NCBI RefSeq assembly: GCF_001194135.2
Contig: NC_069004.1
Span: 19,539,582-19,603,581, forward strand
Reading direction: 5' to 3'
DNA from: Octopus bimaculoides
Taxonomy: Eukaryota
Length of the DNA stretch: 64,000 bases
The notes beneath the pieces were generated by a model, which saw only the letters and a list, made by a program, of their open reading frames with translations, was not told the origin of the DNA and searched no databases. The position numbers and the translations under genes are program-made. Positions 63,929-64,000 of this stretch are shown here, in pieces (within the stretch, counting starts at the first letter, position 1; every line of letters starts with the position of its first letter).

Positions 63929-64000
63929 GTGTAGTATATTGCCACTTAAGTGTGGCTGACCCCTAGGGGTCAGCCACACTTAAGTGGCAATATACTACAC
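63929..64000. repeat. perfect loopless palindrome, at least 72 bp, running off the window
   Basis: GTGTAGTATATTGCCACTTAAGTGTGGCTGACCCCT|AGGGGTCAGCCACACTTAAGTGGCAATATACTACAC, centred at 63964/63965. Confidence 0.97.

Overview
AT-rich eukaryotic non-coding DNA from a gapped short-read assembly, with 11 N-runs, almost all at microsatellites or inside repeats. The repeat complement resembles octopod cephalopods (probably Octopus); this rests on my recall of octopus SINE families and is an inference, not a database result. No intact protein-coding gene is recognisable, and nearly all supplied ORFs are microsatellite or SINE read-throughs. The window is a nested mosaic of three tRNA-headed SINE families, TTAA-flanked piggyBac-like MITEs, hAT-like and Tigger/pogo-like MITEs, and (TA)n/(TG)n/(CT)n/(GAT)n microsatellites. 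It also holds decayed coding remnants of four kinds of autonomous element: RTE LINEs, a CR1/Jockey-like RT, an R4/Dong-like LINE with a restriction-like endonuclease, and a Tc1 transposase. A CpG-retaining region at about 60.2-63.7 kb with two good splice donors looks like a promoter/5' end of a + strand gene. A few candidate exons lie elsewhere, mainly on the - strand. The least explained structures are several sequence-unrelated perfect or near-perfect hairpins, three of them in elements flanked by (TA)n microsatellite, and a degenerate hammerhead-like motif. I cannot claim a new biological system from this window; these are the leads worth testing.
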